A stretch of 48,301 nt of DNA from Callorhinchus milii (Eukaryota). The position numbers and the translations under genes were made by a program. Shown piece after piece: positions 1 through 11,889 of the stretch (positions within the stretch are counted from its first letter, which is position 1; each line of letters starts with the position of its first letter). Under the pieces are notes generated by a model. The model saw nothing but the letters and a program-made list of their open reading frames with translations, was not told the DNA's origin and did not search any database. The DNA lies in assembly GCF_018977255.1 (NCBI RefSeq), contig NW_024705397.1:1-48301 (forward strand), read 5' to 3'.

Positions 1-321
1 TGGAGAGAAAGATTGGCAGTAAACAGCTAACGAGCAGTGGGAAGTCTTCAAGGATGAGATAGTTCCGGGGCAGAAAAAATACAGCCCCACAAAGGGGAAA
101 GGAGGGCATCCAAACCCCTGGATGGATAAGGAAATTGGGATTAAAATAAAACAGAAAAGGGAGGTTTATAATAAATGTGAGGTCCAAAATACAGAAGATA
201 ATCAAATAGAATATAGAGAATACAGAGGAGAACTGAGAAAGGAAACAAGAGGGGCAAAGAGACTGTATGAGAAATGATAAGCGGGTCACACAAAAAAACA
301 CCCTAAGGTATTTTGTACTTT

Positions 322-810
322 GATTTCAAGATCCTCATCCTCACCTACAAGGCCATTCCCGGCCTCGCTCCCTCCTACCTCTCCAACCTACTATCCCCCT
401 ACCTACCTGCCCGTACCCTCCGTTCCTCCGGCTCCGGTCTGCTCCACGTCCCCCGCCCCAATCGCCCTACCATCGGTGGTTGGGCCTTCAGCCTCTCAGC
501 CCCGAGGCTCTGGAACTCTATCCCCCAGTGCCTTCGCCGCCTCCTCCCATTCCTCCTTCAAGGCCGGTCTCAAAACCTTTCTCTTTGACCGTACCTTCAG
601 CTCCGCTCTTGACTCTCTTCCCCCTCCTCGCTTCCTCCCTTCCCTCCCCTCATCCTGACCATTTCCCCCCTCCTCGCTCCCTCCCTGCCCTCCCCTCACC
701 CTGACCATTTCCCCCCTGCTCGGATCATGACCCAACTGTGCAGCGCCTTGGGACGTCCTCCTGACGTGAAAGGCGCTTTATAAATGGAATCTTGTTGTTG
801 TTGTTGTTGT
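322..810 (+). mobile_element. L2 LINE, 5'-truncated young copy nested in CR1
   Basis: FKILILTYKA..GLAPSYLS.LL..Y.PARTLRSS (L2 ORF2 C-terminus), 3' stem-loop and (TTG)n tail. Near-identical to 22830-23440. Confidence 0.9.
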
Positions 811-1436
811 AAGCAAATGTAGAATAAAAGGTTAGTTAAAGGTCGGGTGGGTCCATTAGGGACCAAAGAGGAAACCTTCTTGTGACGTACTGAATGAGGA
901 CTTTGCATCTGTCTTCACAAAAGAAGAGAATGGAGCCAATGCCACAGTATTGGGGGAGAGGGGAGAGAAATTGGATAAGATAAGAATAAACTGAGAGGAG
1001 GGACTAAAAAGGTTGACGGTGCACAAGATAGATAAGTCACCCGGTCTGGACGGGCTGCATCCTAAGTTATTGAGAGGAGTGAGGGTGGAAATAACGGAGG
1101 CCACAACCATTCAATCCTCCTTGGACACCGGGAAGTGCCAGAGGACTGGAGATCATCAAATGTTACTCCCTGTACAAAAAGGGGCAGAAGGATAAACCCA
1201 GGAACTACGGCCAGTCAGACTAACGTCAGTATTGGGGAAACTTCGAGAGACTATAATCCGGAACAAAATAAATTTTCACTTAGAAAAATATGGTTTAATA
1301 AAGGACAGTCAACATGGGTTTGTTAAAGGCAAATCGTGTCTAACAAACCTGATAGAGTTTCTTGATGAAGTAACGGAGAGGGTGGGTGAAGATTGTGCAG
1401 TTGATATGGATTTTCAAAAGGTGTTTGAATTAAATA

Positions 1437-1739
1437 TAATACTCCTTTCATTTGATATAGCGCTTTTCACGTCGGGAGGACGTCCCAAAGCGCTTCACAG
1501 AATATACTGTAAAGTGAATTGACTGTATATTTGTGGGCGAACGCGGCAGCCAATTGCGCACAGCAATGTCCCACAAACAGTCGTGGATTGAAAATGACCA
1601 ATTTATTTTTGTTTTGGAGGGATTATTATTAGGTGTGTGGAGTAAGGAAACTTGCCCAAGGTTTCGCCCTGCCTGGAATTGAACTCAGGTCTCTCGCTTG
1701 CAAAGCGAGTGCTCTAACCACTGAGCTACAGGACTCCAC
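1437..1739 (-). mobile_element. tRNA-headed SINE (short subfamily)
   Basis: Head GGAGTCCTGTAGCTCAGTGG (A box)...GAGTTCAATTCC (B box), Deu-like body, L2-like tail. Confidence 0.88.
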
Positions 1740-2680
1740 AAAGTGCCACATAAGAGACTTGGCAGCAAAACACAAGCCCACGGTATTAACGGGACAGTGG
1801 CAGTGGATACAGAACTGGGAGACAGAAAGCAGAGAGTGTGGGGAACGGTTGTTTTTCTGACTGGAGGGAAGTGTCCAGTGGTGACCCCCAGGGGGTCAGT
1901 ATTGGGGCCACTGCTGTGTTTGATCTATATAAGTAACCGGAACTTGGATAGTGAGGAAGATAGTGACCGACTGCAAGAGGACATAGACAGACTGGTAACA
2001 TGGGCCGACACGTGGCAGATGACATTTAATGTGGAGAAATGCAAAGTGATTTTGTGAGGAAGAGTGAGGAGAGGCGATATAAGCTGATGGGACACTCTTA
2101 AAGGGGTGAAGGAACAGCGAGACCTGGGGGAAATCTCTGAAGGTGACCGGACAGGTGATAAAGCTGTTAAAAAGCATCCGGGACACGAGGGTTTATAAAT
2201 AGGGCATAGAATACACACGTCAGGAAGTTATGATGAACCTTTATATAAAACACTGGTTAGGCCTCAGCGAGAGACTGGGGTCAGTTCTGGGCCCCACACT
2301 TTAGGAAGGATGTCAAGGCATTGGAGAGGGTGCGAAGGGGATTGACCAGAATGGTACCAGGAATGAGGGCCTTCAGTTATCAGGAGAGGCCGGAGAGGCC
2401 AGGATTGTCCTCCTCGGGCAGAGAAGGTTCAGAGGAAACTTAATAGAAGTTTTCAAAATGATGAGGGGATTCAATAGAGTGAACAGGAGAAACTATTCCC
2501 ACTGGTGGGTGGGTCGGTAACCCGAGGACACCGGTTTAAAATATTTATTAAAAGAAACAGAGAAATTTTTTTACTCAGTGAGTTATTGGGATCTGGAATG
2601 CATTGCGTGAAAGGCCGGTGGGAGCTGATTAGATAACAACTTTTAAGAGAGAAATAGATAATTATTTGGGGAGAAGTTTG

Positions 2681-4385
2681 CAGAGCTATGGGGAGAGCGC
2701 GGGGGAGTGGGGTTGATCAGGGCTATGGGAGAGTGGGGGAGTGTGGTTGATCAGGGCTATGGGGAGAGAGTGGGGGAGTGGGGTTGATCAGGGCTCAGGG
2801 GAGAGAGGGGGAGTGGGGTTGATCAGGGCTATGGGGAGAGAGCGGGGGAGTGGGGTTGATCAGAGCTATGGGGAGAGAGCGGGGGAGTGGGGTTGATCAG
2901 GGCTATGGGGAGAGAGCGGGGGAGTGGGGTTGATCAGGGCTATGGGGAGAGAGAGGGGGAGTTGGGTTGATCAGGGCTATGGGGAGAGAGAGGGGGAGTG
3001 GGGTTGATCAGGGCTATGGGGAGAGAGTGGGGGAGTGGGGTTGATCAGGGCTATGGGGAGAGAGTGGGGGAGTGGGGTTGATCAGGGCTATGGGGAGAGA
3101 GTGGGGGAGTGGGGTTGATCAGGGCTATGGGGAGAGAGCGGGGGAGTGGGGTTGATCAGGGCTATGGGGAGAGTGGGGAGTGGGGTTGATCAGGGCTATG
3201 GGAAGGGGGAGTGGGGTTGATCAGGGCTATGGGGAGAGAGTGGGGGAGTGGGGTTGATCAGGGCTATGGGGAGAGAGGGGGAGTGGGGTTGATCAGGGCT
3301 ATGGGGAGAGAGCGGGGGAGTGGGGTTGATCAGGGCTATGGGGATGGAGAGGGGGAGTGGGGTTGATCAGGGCTATGGGGGAGAGGGGGGGAGTGGGGTT
3401 GATCAGGGCTATGGGAGAGAGGGGGAGTGGGGTTGATCAGGGCTAGGGGAGAGAGTGGGGGAGTGGGGTTGATCAGGGCTAAGGGGAGAGAGCGGGGGAG
3501 TGGGGTTGATCAGGGCTATGGGGAGAGCGCGGGGGAGTGGGGTTGATCAGGGCTATGGGGAGAGAGTGGGGGAGTGGGGTTGATCAGGGCTATGGGGAGA
3601 GAGTGGGGGAGTGGGGATGATCAGGGCTGTGGGGAGAGAGTGGGGGAGTGGGGTTGATCAGGGCTAAGGGGAGAGAGCGGGGGAGTGGGGTTGATCAGGG
3701 CTATGGGGAGAGAACGGGGGAGTGGGGTTGATCAGGGCTATGGGGAGAGAGCGGGGGAGTGGGGTTGATCAGGGCTATGGGGAGAGAGCGGGGGAGTGGG
3801 GTTGATCAGGGCTATGGGGAGAGAGTGGGGGAGTGGGGTTGATCAGGGCTATGGGGAGAGAGGAGGGGGAGTGGGGTTGATCAGGGCTATGGGAGAGAGT
3901 GGGGGAGTGGGGTTGATCAGGGCTATGGGGGAGAGAGTGGGGGAGTGGGGTTGATCAGGGCTATGGGGAGAGAGTGGGGGAGTGGGGTTGATCAGGGCTA
4001 TGGGGAGAGAGCGGGGGAGTGGGGTTGATCAGGGCTATGGGGAGAGAGTGGGGGAGTGGGGTTGATCAGGGCTATGGGGAGAGAGAGGGGGAGTGGGGTT
4101 GATCAGGGCTATGGGGAGAGAGTGGGGGAGTGGGGTTGATCAGGCTATGGGGAGGGAGTGGGGGAGTGGGGTTGATCAGGGCTATGGGGAGAGAGTGGGG
4201 GAGTGGGGTTGATCAGGGCTATGGGGAGAGAGCGGGGGAGTGGGGTTGATCAGGGCTATGGGGAGAGAGCGGGGGAGTGGGGTTGATCAGGGCTATGGGG
4301 AGAGAGTGGGGGAGTGGGGTTGATCAGGGCTATGGGGAGAGAGCGGGGGAGTGGGGTTGATCAGGACTATGGGGAGAGAGCGGGG
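2681..4385 (+). repeat. 37-bp G-rich minisatellite, ~46 units, derived from the CR1 3' region
   Basis: Unit CAGGGCTATGGGGAGAGAG(C/T)GGGGGAGTGGGGTTGAT. Confidence 0.97.
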
Positions 4386-4493
4386 AATGTCATCTGCAAA
4401 CAGAGATTGTGCCGCTCATGCCAGAATCCAGATCATTTATATAAATGGAGAATAGCAGTGGTGCTAACACTGACCCTGGGAACACCAGTGTTT

Positions 4494-4920
4494 AATAACA
4501 ATAATCCTGACATTTGATATAGCGCCTTATCACGTCTTTGAGATGTCTCAAAGCGCTTCACAGAATATACTGTAAAATGAATTGCTTATTTACAATCTCC
4601 CTGTTTCCTCCCGACATGAAAGGCGCTATAACAAATATAATTTTGTTGTTGTGTTTTGTAGGTGAAATGCAGCAGCCAATTGCACACAGCAATGTTCCAT
4701 AAACAGTCGTGGATTGAATGAGCAATTTTTTTTTAAGGGATAATTACCCCAGAAAAGCAATTTGTCAATTGACTAACAACCGCGGTTCATACTTACCTCT
4801 GGGTAATTAGAGGCCTGTGGAATAAGGAAGTTTGCCCAATGTTTCGCTCTGCCTGGGAAATGAACCCAGGTCCTGTCGCTTGGGAGGTGAGTGCCCTCAC
4901 CACTGAGCTACAGGACTCCA
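4494..4920 (-). mobile_element. tRNA-headed SINE (long subfamily) with a short L2 tail inserted
   Basis: Same head and tail as other copies; sits inside a decayed minus-strand CR1 (~4390-5368). Confidence 0.8.
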
Positions 4921-5368
4921 TTCACATCTCCATTGTGAATCACGACCCTGTACTCCCAACCTCCATTTCCTATCCCTTAACCGATGTTCTGTTCACCTTG
5001 ATATCTGGTATACATTTATACCATGTACTTGCATTTTTGTAATAAGCCTCTTATGCAGCGGCTTATTGAAAGCCTTCTCAAAATCCGTGTAACACCACAT
5101 CCGGAGTATTAACTTCATCTATTCTCTATTAATTAATTAAAGAGCTCTTATTAAATTTGTCAAGCAAGCCTTGCCTTTAACAAATTTGCACTGACGTCAA
5201 TCAACCCACATCTTTCTAAGTGATTGTTGAAAATATACCATCTCATGGTTCTCTACACGTTTGCTCACTATCGATGTTAGGCTGACTGCTCTGACTACTC
5301 TTGGGTTTCCACCTTGCCTAGTTTTGAACAGAGGTATATGAGCGACCTTCCAGTCTTCTGTCACAATT

Positions 5369-5745
5369 GTGGAGTTCTGTAGCTCAGTGGTTAGAGCACT
5401 TGCCTTGCAAGCGAGAGACCTGGGTTTGATTCCCGGGCAGGGCAAAACGTTGGGCAATTTTCCTTACTCCACACACTTGCCTCTGTTGACCCGGCAGTAA
5501 ATAGGAACTCGGTTGTTAGTCGATTGGTAGATCGCTTTCCAGGAGTAATCCACCCATCACAAAGAAATAATAATAATTTGGTCACTCGATCCTCGACTGT
5601 TTGTGAGATGTTGCTGTGCGCAATTGGCTGCCGTGTTTCACCCACAAATATAGTCACTACACTTTACATTCTATTCTGTGAAGCGATTTGATACGTCTTA
5701 AAGACGTGATAAGGCGCTATATCAAATTCAAGGATTATTATTATT
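5369..5745 (+). mobile_element. tRNA-headed SINE (long subfamily)
   Basis: A/B boxes, middle segment present, (TTA)n tail. Confidence 0.88.
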
Positions 5746-6009
5746 CTTGTACATATGTCAGAAACATTGTAATCCGCTATTTTCTTGACTCTCCATGGCT
5801 TTCCCAGACACTGCCATCAGCCCTGGTAACTTGTCCATTTTCTTTTCTCTAGTCCTCCTTTCTATAGTCCAATTGCCACATCTCCTTCTCTTGGACAGTT
5901 TCTCACTGTCACTCTCTGCTGTAAAACCTGAGGTCAAATCCTCATTCAGTATGCTTTCCACAGATAGTTCTTCCTTTTTGTCTCTAATTGGCCTGACCTT
6001 TTCTTTATT

Positions 6010-6790
6010 CATAGATTCATAGATTCATAGAATGTTACGGCACAGAAGGCCATTCGGCCCATCGAGTCTGTGCGGCTCTTTGACAGAGCGTCACTTTCAC
6101 TAACCCCAATCACCAGCTTTCTCCCCATAACCCCACAAACCCGTCTTCCCCCGATACCTGTCCAGTTCTCTCTTAAAAGCTGTTATCAAATCGGACTTCA
6201 CTGCCCTTTCGGGCGGATCATTCCAAATCCCAACAACTCGCTGAGTGAAAACATTTCTTCTAACCTTCCCTCGGCTTCTTTTGGTAGATATCTTCAGACT
6301 GTGACCACGGGTCACACCTACCAGCAGAAACAGCTTTTCCTTATCTCGCCTGTCAAAACCTTTCATGATCTTGAAGACCTCTATCAGGTCCCCACGTAAC
6401 CTTCTCTGCTCTAATGGGAAAAGTCCTAACTTCTCCAGTCTGTCCTCATAGCTAAGGTTCCCCATTCCTGGTATCATTCTCGTGATCTCCTCTGTACCCT
6501 TTCCAGTGGCTTAATGTCCTTCCTGAGGTAAGGTGCCCAGAACTGGACGCAGTACTCCAGCTGAGGCCTAACCAGTGTTTTGTACAGATTAACCATAACC
6601 CCTACTCTTATACTCTGTGCCCCTACTAATGAAGCTCAGTACACCAAATGCCTTTTTTACTGCCCTATCTACCTGCCCCACTACCTTTAATGATTCGCTT
6701 AATTGAACACCCAGATCTCTGTACGTTCACCCCCTTAAGATTGAGCTACTAAGTCTATATTGCCTCCTATCATTTTTCCTATCTAAGTGT
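6010..6790 (-). mobile_element. CR1 3' end, young copy nested in an older CR1
   Basis: [31 protein letters not shown]...TRGH and an 8-nt tail repeat. Near-identical to 37439-38043. Confidence 0.92.
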
Positions 6791-7039
6791 ATCACCTCAA
6801 ACTTATCCACATGAATTATTTTTACATGTTCATGAAATCCTTCAGTATTTCTGCCTTTAGTATTTTACTCCTATCCTCACTTGACCTTTCTTTATTGCTT
6901 TACTTCTATATTCTCTACTCTCTGATGCCATTTTGTGTTATCTTACATTTATTCTGCGCCTCTCTTTTAAGACTTATTTTCAGTTTAATTTCTCTCTTCA
7001 TCCACGGAGGCCTGGTTTTTTCTGCACCCCCTTTATCAC

Positions 7040-7980
7040 GTGGAGTCCTGGAGCTCAGTGGCGAGAGCACTTGTCTCAGAAGCGAGAGACCTGAGTTCTA
7101 GTCCCAGGCAGGGCAAATTGTTGCTCCACACGACTACCAGCAGTACGGAGGAACCCAATTGTTAGTCGAGTGGTGGATTGTTTTTCCCGGAATAATAATC
7201 CCTTGGTCGCTCAATCCACAACTATTTGTGGGCCACCACTGTGCGCAATTGGCAGCCGTGTTTTGCCCACAAATATACATTCAATTCACTTTACAGTATA
7301 TTTTCTGAAGAGTTTGAGACATTTAGAAGACGTGAAAAGCGCTATATCAACTGCAAGGATTATTATTATTATTATTACTTGTAGTGAGTCCTGTATCTTA
7401 GTGGTTAAAGCACTGGCCTCACAAGCGAGATGATCTGGGTTTGATTCCTGGGCAGGGCGAAATGTTGAGCAAGCTTCCTTACACATGCCTCTGTTCACCT
7501 AGCAGTAAGAAGGAACCCGCTTGTTAGTTGATTTAGCGGATCACTTTTCCAGGGGTAATAATCCCTTAGAAAAATTCCTGTTTGCAATTGGTTGCCACGT
7601 TTCGTTCACAAAATATACAGTCAATTCACTTTACAGTATATTCTGCGAAGTGCTTTGAGACATCTCAGCACTTTGGGATGTCCTTCCTGCGTGAAGGGTG
7701 CTGTATAAATGCAACTTGTTGTTGTATTCTGTTGGGAATTTATTCTAGACCACCGAAAAATGAGAATGAGACAGAGGAAGAAATCTGTACAGAAATCTAT
7801 AATAATAATAATCCTTGCATTTGATACAGCACCTTATCACGACTTCGAGACGTTTCAAAGTGCTTCACAGAATATACTGTAAAGTGAATTGACTGTATAT
7901 TTTGTGGGTGAAATGTGGCAGCCAATTGCGCTCAGCAGTGTCCCACAAACAGCCGTGGATTGAGTGACCAATTTTTTTTA
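7040..7980. mobile_element. Cluster of SINEs: two tandem + copies (7040-7378, 7385-~7670) and a truncated - copy (7800-7980)
   Basis: Repeated head, body and tail motifs. Confidence 0.82.
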
Positions 7981-8899
7981 AGGATCTCAAATCTAGGAGA
8001 TGAGGAGAAATAACTGGGTATAATAATTGGAGACTTCAATTAGCTTAAGATGATTGGGGCAAAGGTAATGTGAGTGGCCAAATGGGGAAGTTTTATGAGT
8101 TTCTCCCAGTGTCCTAGCCAACAATCCCCAAATTAAAATTGGTCATTTACTTCATGGCTGTTAGTGGGACATTGCTGTACGCAAATTGGCTGCTGCATTT
8201 ACCTTCACAGCACACAGTCACTTTACTGCATACTCCTTTAGGACATCCTCCTGATGTGAATGTCGCTGTACCAAACGTACAAATTACTATTGTTATTGGA
8301 TGATCATCATTCTGTTCCAGTGCTGCACTCGAATCTTTTAATCTCAGGCTTTCCCAAACATTTGGTCACCAGCATTTTGAAGTCCCAGCCTCCTGCTAAC
8401 GCTACAGAATAAAACCCCACCAGTCAGTGTCTGTAGATATTGATTTAGGTCCTCTGTGCTTTGTGGAGAAATGAATCACATCTCACTCACTAAACTGCCA
8501 GATTTATTTCTGGAGGTAAGTAAACTGGTGGCTAAAAGCCAACCAGTGGGCGTAATTCACTGGTCTGCAATCCCATTCTCTATTGTTGATTTATTTTAGA
8601 ATCAATTGAATGATAGAGGTTGGTGTTAATTTTTTTTTACAATATCTATTGTGCTGGTTACCTTTTTGGAGCGGGTTTGGTTGAAGTGAAGACCTACAAT
8701 GGATCACATCTGAAGAAGATCCTCTTCGACCACACGCCTAAGGTCATCTCTCTCCTCTCTTGTTAAAATGCTCCGACACGCTACCCCGCACGACGGTTAC
8801 CCACTCATTCATATCTGCTTACAAATTTCTACAATGACTTTGACAGTCAATTGTCCTTCCAGTTTGACAAGATTGGGTGCAATCCTAAGTCAAGATTGT

Positions 8900-9970
8900 T
8901 TTTCCATCGTTTCCCCCACCCAGCAAGACCTCCACAAACCCCTCCAATCTGGGTTTTGTGCTGCCTACAGCACAGATTCAGCCCTGGTCAAGGTGACAAA
9001 TGACATTTTGTCCAACTGCGACCAGGGCTCCATGGGGTCAATTTCAACATGAATGCAGATGACACCCAACCATCTCACCGCCTCCACCCTTGACTCCAGG
9101 ACCTTTGATGTCTGACATCAAGTCCTGGACAAGAGCCGACTTCCTCCAGCTCAATGTTGGCAAGACAGAGGCCCAACTGCTTGGCTCCCAGGAGTGCCTC
9201 CACACTTCAGCCACTGACATTATCATTATTCATGGCTGCACTCTTCACCTCACCAATATGAAAGCTCTGTGTCGTTTTTGACCTCCAGCTATCTTTCAAA
9301 TCCCATATTCGTGCTGTGACCCTTTCTGTCTTTCTACACCTCTGCAACATTGCCCACATCCACCACTGCCTCTCACCGCAGGTCTGCTGAGGCCCTGACC
9401 TACGCTTTTATTATAACCCAGCTTGACTACACCAACTGCCTGCTCACTGGACTTCCCAACTCTTCCCTCTGCAAGCTGCAGATTATTCAGAACTCTGCAG
9501 CTTGTGTCCTCTTCCGGAACAGGCTCTGTAAACTAATCACCCCCATTCTTGTTCGGTTTCACTCATCCCTCAGAGAATCGAGTACAAAACCCTAGTTCTC
9601 ACCTTCAAAGCCCTCCATGGTCATGCTCCCCCCAACTCTCTGCCCTCCTAACCCCATATCAGCCTGTCGGCTACCTCCGCTCAGCGGAAACCGGCCTCCT
9701 TCAGGTCCCCTGCACTTCCTGCCCCACCATTGGTGGGCATTCAGCATCTCTGCCCCCACAATCTGGAACTGTAACCTGCAATCCCTCCACCTCACCCACT
9801 GTCTTGTCGTCTTCAAATACCATCTAAAGACCTTCCTCTTTGATGGTACCTGTGGCCCCACACCCTGCTGACACCAACTCCCAGCTCAGGTCCAAAAAGC
9901 CCTGACCTTTGCGCACCCTGGGACATCTTTCCAATGTGAAGGGGTCTATACAAGTGTAATTTGTTGTTTT
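8900..9970 (+). mobile_element. Older degenerate L2 LINE
   Basis: LQSGF..AYSTDSALVKVTNDIL, FLQLNVGKTE, LQIIQNSAA and an L2 tail. Confidence 0.85.
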
Positions 9971-10125
9971 TGTTAGTATTTACAGAAAACAGTTGGCCCA
10001 GTGCCAATCTGTGGGGAATTCCAGACATTACAGACAACAACAACTTGAAATTATATTGGGGGAATGGTTATGGGGGAGTAACTGTATGTTTGACACTCAC
10101 TGACACTAACCTTGTTTTCTCTCAG

Positions 10126-10377
10126 ACCTGGATTACACGGTGCGTATCCTCCTCTACTCCATCATCTTCCTCCTCAGTTTCTTTGGCAACATGATGATCA
10201 TCGTGGTACTGATCCTGAACAAGAGGCTGCGGACGGTCACCAACTCCTTCCTGCTCTCCCTGGCACTCAGTGACCTGATGGTCGCCATCTTCTGCATGCC
10301 CTTCACCCTCATCCCCAACCTCCTGGGAGACTTCATCTTTGGTGAGACGATGTGCAAGGTCACCGCATACTTCATGG
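10126..10377 (+). CDS. cckbr: Cholecystokinin/gastrin receptor (CCK2R-like), coding exon 2 (TM1 to start of TM3)
   Basis: Acceptor ttttctctcag| and donor G|gtaagg; 252 nt, same as human CCKAR/CCKBR exon 2. Translates DLDYTVRILLYSIIFLLSFFGN...KRLRTVTNSFLLSLALSDLMVAIFCMPFTLIPNL...CKVTAYFMG. Confidence 0.96.
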
Positions 10378-10418
10378 GTAAGGCATCACTTTGTCTCTAT
10401 GGTCCCAAAAACAGACAA

Positions 10419-11047
10419 AGTAACTGGCCAATCACTGGGGAGTCAGTGTGACTGGCCAATCACTGGGGAGTCAGTGTGACTGGCCAATCGCTGGGGGGTC
10501 AGTGTGACTGGCCAATCACTGGGGAGTCAGTGTGACTGGCCAATCGCTGGGGGTCAGTTTGACTGGCATCTGGGGAGTCAGTGTGACTGGCCAATCGCTG
10601 GGGGTCAGATCCAATCACTGGGGAGTCAGTGTGACTGGCCAATCACTGGGGGGTCAGTGTGACTGGCCAATCACTGGGGGGGTCAGTGTGACTGGCCAAT
10701 CACTGGGGGGTCAGTGTGACTGGCCAATCACTGGGGAGTCAGTGTGACCGGCCAATCACTGGGGAGTCAGTGTGACCGGCCAATCACTGGGGAGTCAGTG
10801 TGACCGGCCAATCACTGGGGGGTCAGTGTGACCGGCCAATCACTGGGGAGTCAGTGTGACCGGCCAATCACTGGGGGGTCAGTGTGACCGGCCAATCACT
10901 GGGGGGTCAGTGTGACCGGCCAATCACTGGGGAGTCAGTGTGACCGGCCAATCGCTGGGGGGTCAGTGTGACTGGCCAATCACTGGGGAGTCAGTGTGAC
11001 TGGCCAATCACTGGGGGGTCAGTGTGACCGGCCAATCACTGGGGGGC
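10419..11047 (+). repeat. 28-bp minisatellite (~22-23 units) filling intron 2; carries ERE palindromes and CCAAT boxes
   Basis: Unit CAGTGTGAC(T/C)GGCCAATC(A/G)CTGGGG(A/G)GT. Confidence 0.97.
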
Positions 11048-11077
11048 TATCACTCTCTCCGCTAACTTTCTGTGCAG

Positions 11078-11339
11078 GGATTTCTGTCAGTGTTTCCACC
11101 TTCAGTCTGGTGGCCATCGCCATCGAGCGTTACAGCGCCATCTGTAACCCGCTGCAGTCCCGGGCCTGGCAGACACGCTCCCACGCCTACAGAGTCATCG
11201 CGGCCACCTGGATCATCTCCATCATCATCATGATCCCCTATCCCGTCTATTTCCTGCTCGTCCAGTTCAAGAAGCCGGACAAGAGCTTCGGTCACATGTG
11301 CCGTCTGGCCTTGCCAAGCATCCAAGTGCAGCAGGCATG
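11078..11339 (+). CDS. cckbr: CCK2R-like receptor, coding exon 3 (TM3 to ECL2)
   Basis: Acceptor ctaactttctgtgcag| and donor TG|gtaagc; 262 nt, phase-compatible. GISVSVSTFSLVAIAIERYSAICNPLQSRAWQTRSHA...HMCRLALPSIQVQQAW, with the ERY motif. Confidence 0.96.
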
Positions 11340-11347
11340 GTAAGCAC

Positions 11348-11610
11348 CCATGTCACACACGCCAGAAACATGTCACACATGCCAGAAACATGTTACACAC
11401 GCTAGCAAAATGTCACATATGCTAGCAGCATGTCATACACACCAGCAACATTACATATGCTAGCAACATATCAGACACTCTAGCAACATGTCACGTATGC
11501 TAGAGACATATCACACATGCTAGGAACATGTCACACAAGCTATAAACGTCTCACACATACTAGTCACACATTCTAGCAACATGTCAGACATCCTAGGAAC
11601 ATATGATACA
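11348..11610 (+). repeat. Degenerate 20-bp tandem repeat (~13 units) in intron 3
   Basis: Consensus approximately CATGTCACACATGCTAGCAA. Confidence 0.85.
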
Positions 11611-11723
11611 GAAAGTGGGCAGCAGTGGGTAGCAGACAGGAAGCGGGTAGGAGGCAGCCATGGGATGTACATGGCTAAAGCCAGAGGCAGGGATTGAGGT
11701 GACCTGACGGTTCTTCTCTGCAG

Positions 11724-11851
11724 GTATGTCTTCCTCCTCATCATCCTCTTCTTCCTGCCGGGCCTGGTGATGATTGTGGCATACGGGCTGATCTCCTGCG
11801 AGCTCTACCGGGGCATTCAGTTTGAGGTGACTCAGAAGAAGGATGCAAAAG
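11724..11851 (+). CDS. cckbr: CCK2R-like receptor, coding exon 4 (TM5, start of ICL3)
   Basis: Acceptor ttcttctctgcag| and donor AAG|gttcgt; 128 nt. (W)[42 protein letters not shown]. Too short to appear in the ORF track. Confidence 0.94.
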
Positions 11852-11889
11852 GTTCGTGATTATTTCTCACATCTCTTTCCCTGACTTCC

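Larger units (their letters stand above)
1..2680 (+). mobile_element. CR1 LINE ORF2 remnant, frameshifted, interrupted by an L2 and a SINE
   Basis: [71 protein letters not shown]. Inverted homologue at 33810-35610. Confidence 0.9.

Noticed and set aside
2681..4385. CRISPR-like regular 37-bp periodicity
   Set aside because: No unique spacers and no cas genes; it is a head-to-tail eukaryotic minisatellite.
1..10125. Coding exon 1 of the receptor
   Set aside because: I found no ATG-initiated, N-glycosylation-site-bearing exon with a phase-1 donor; it probably lies upstream of the window.
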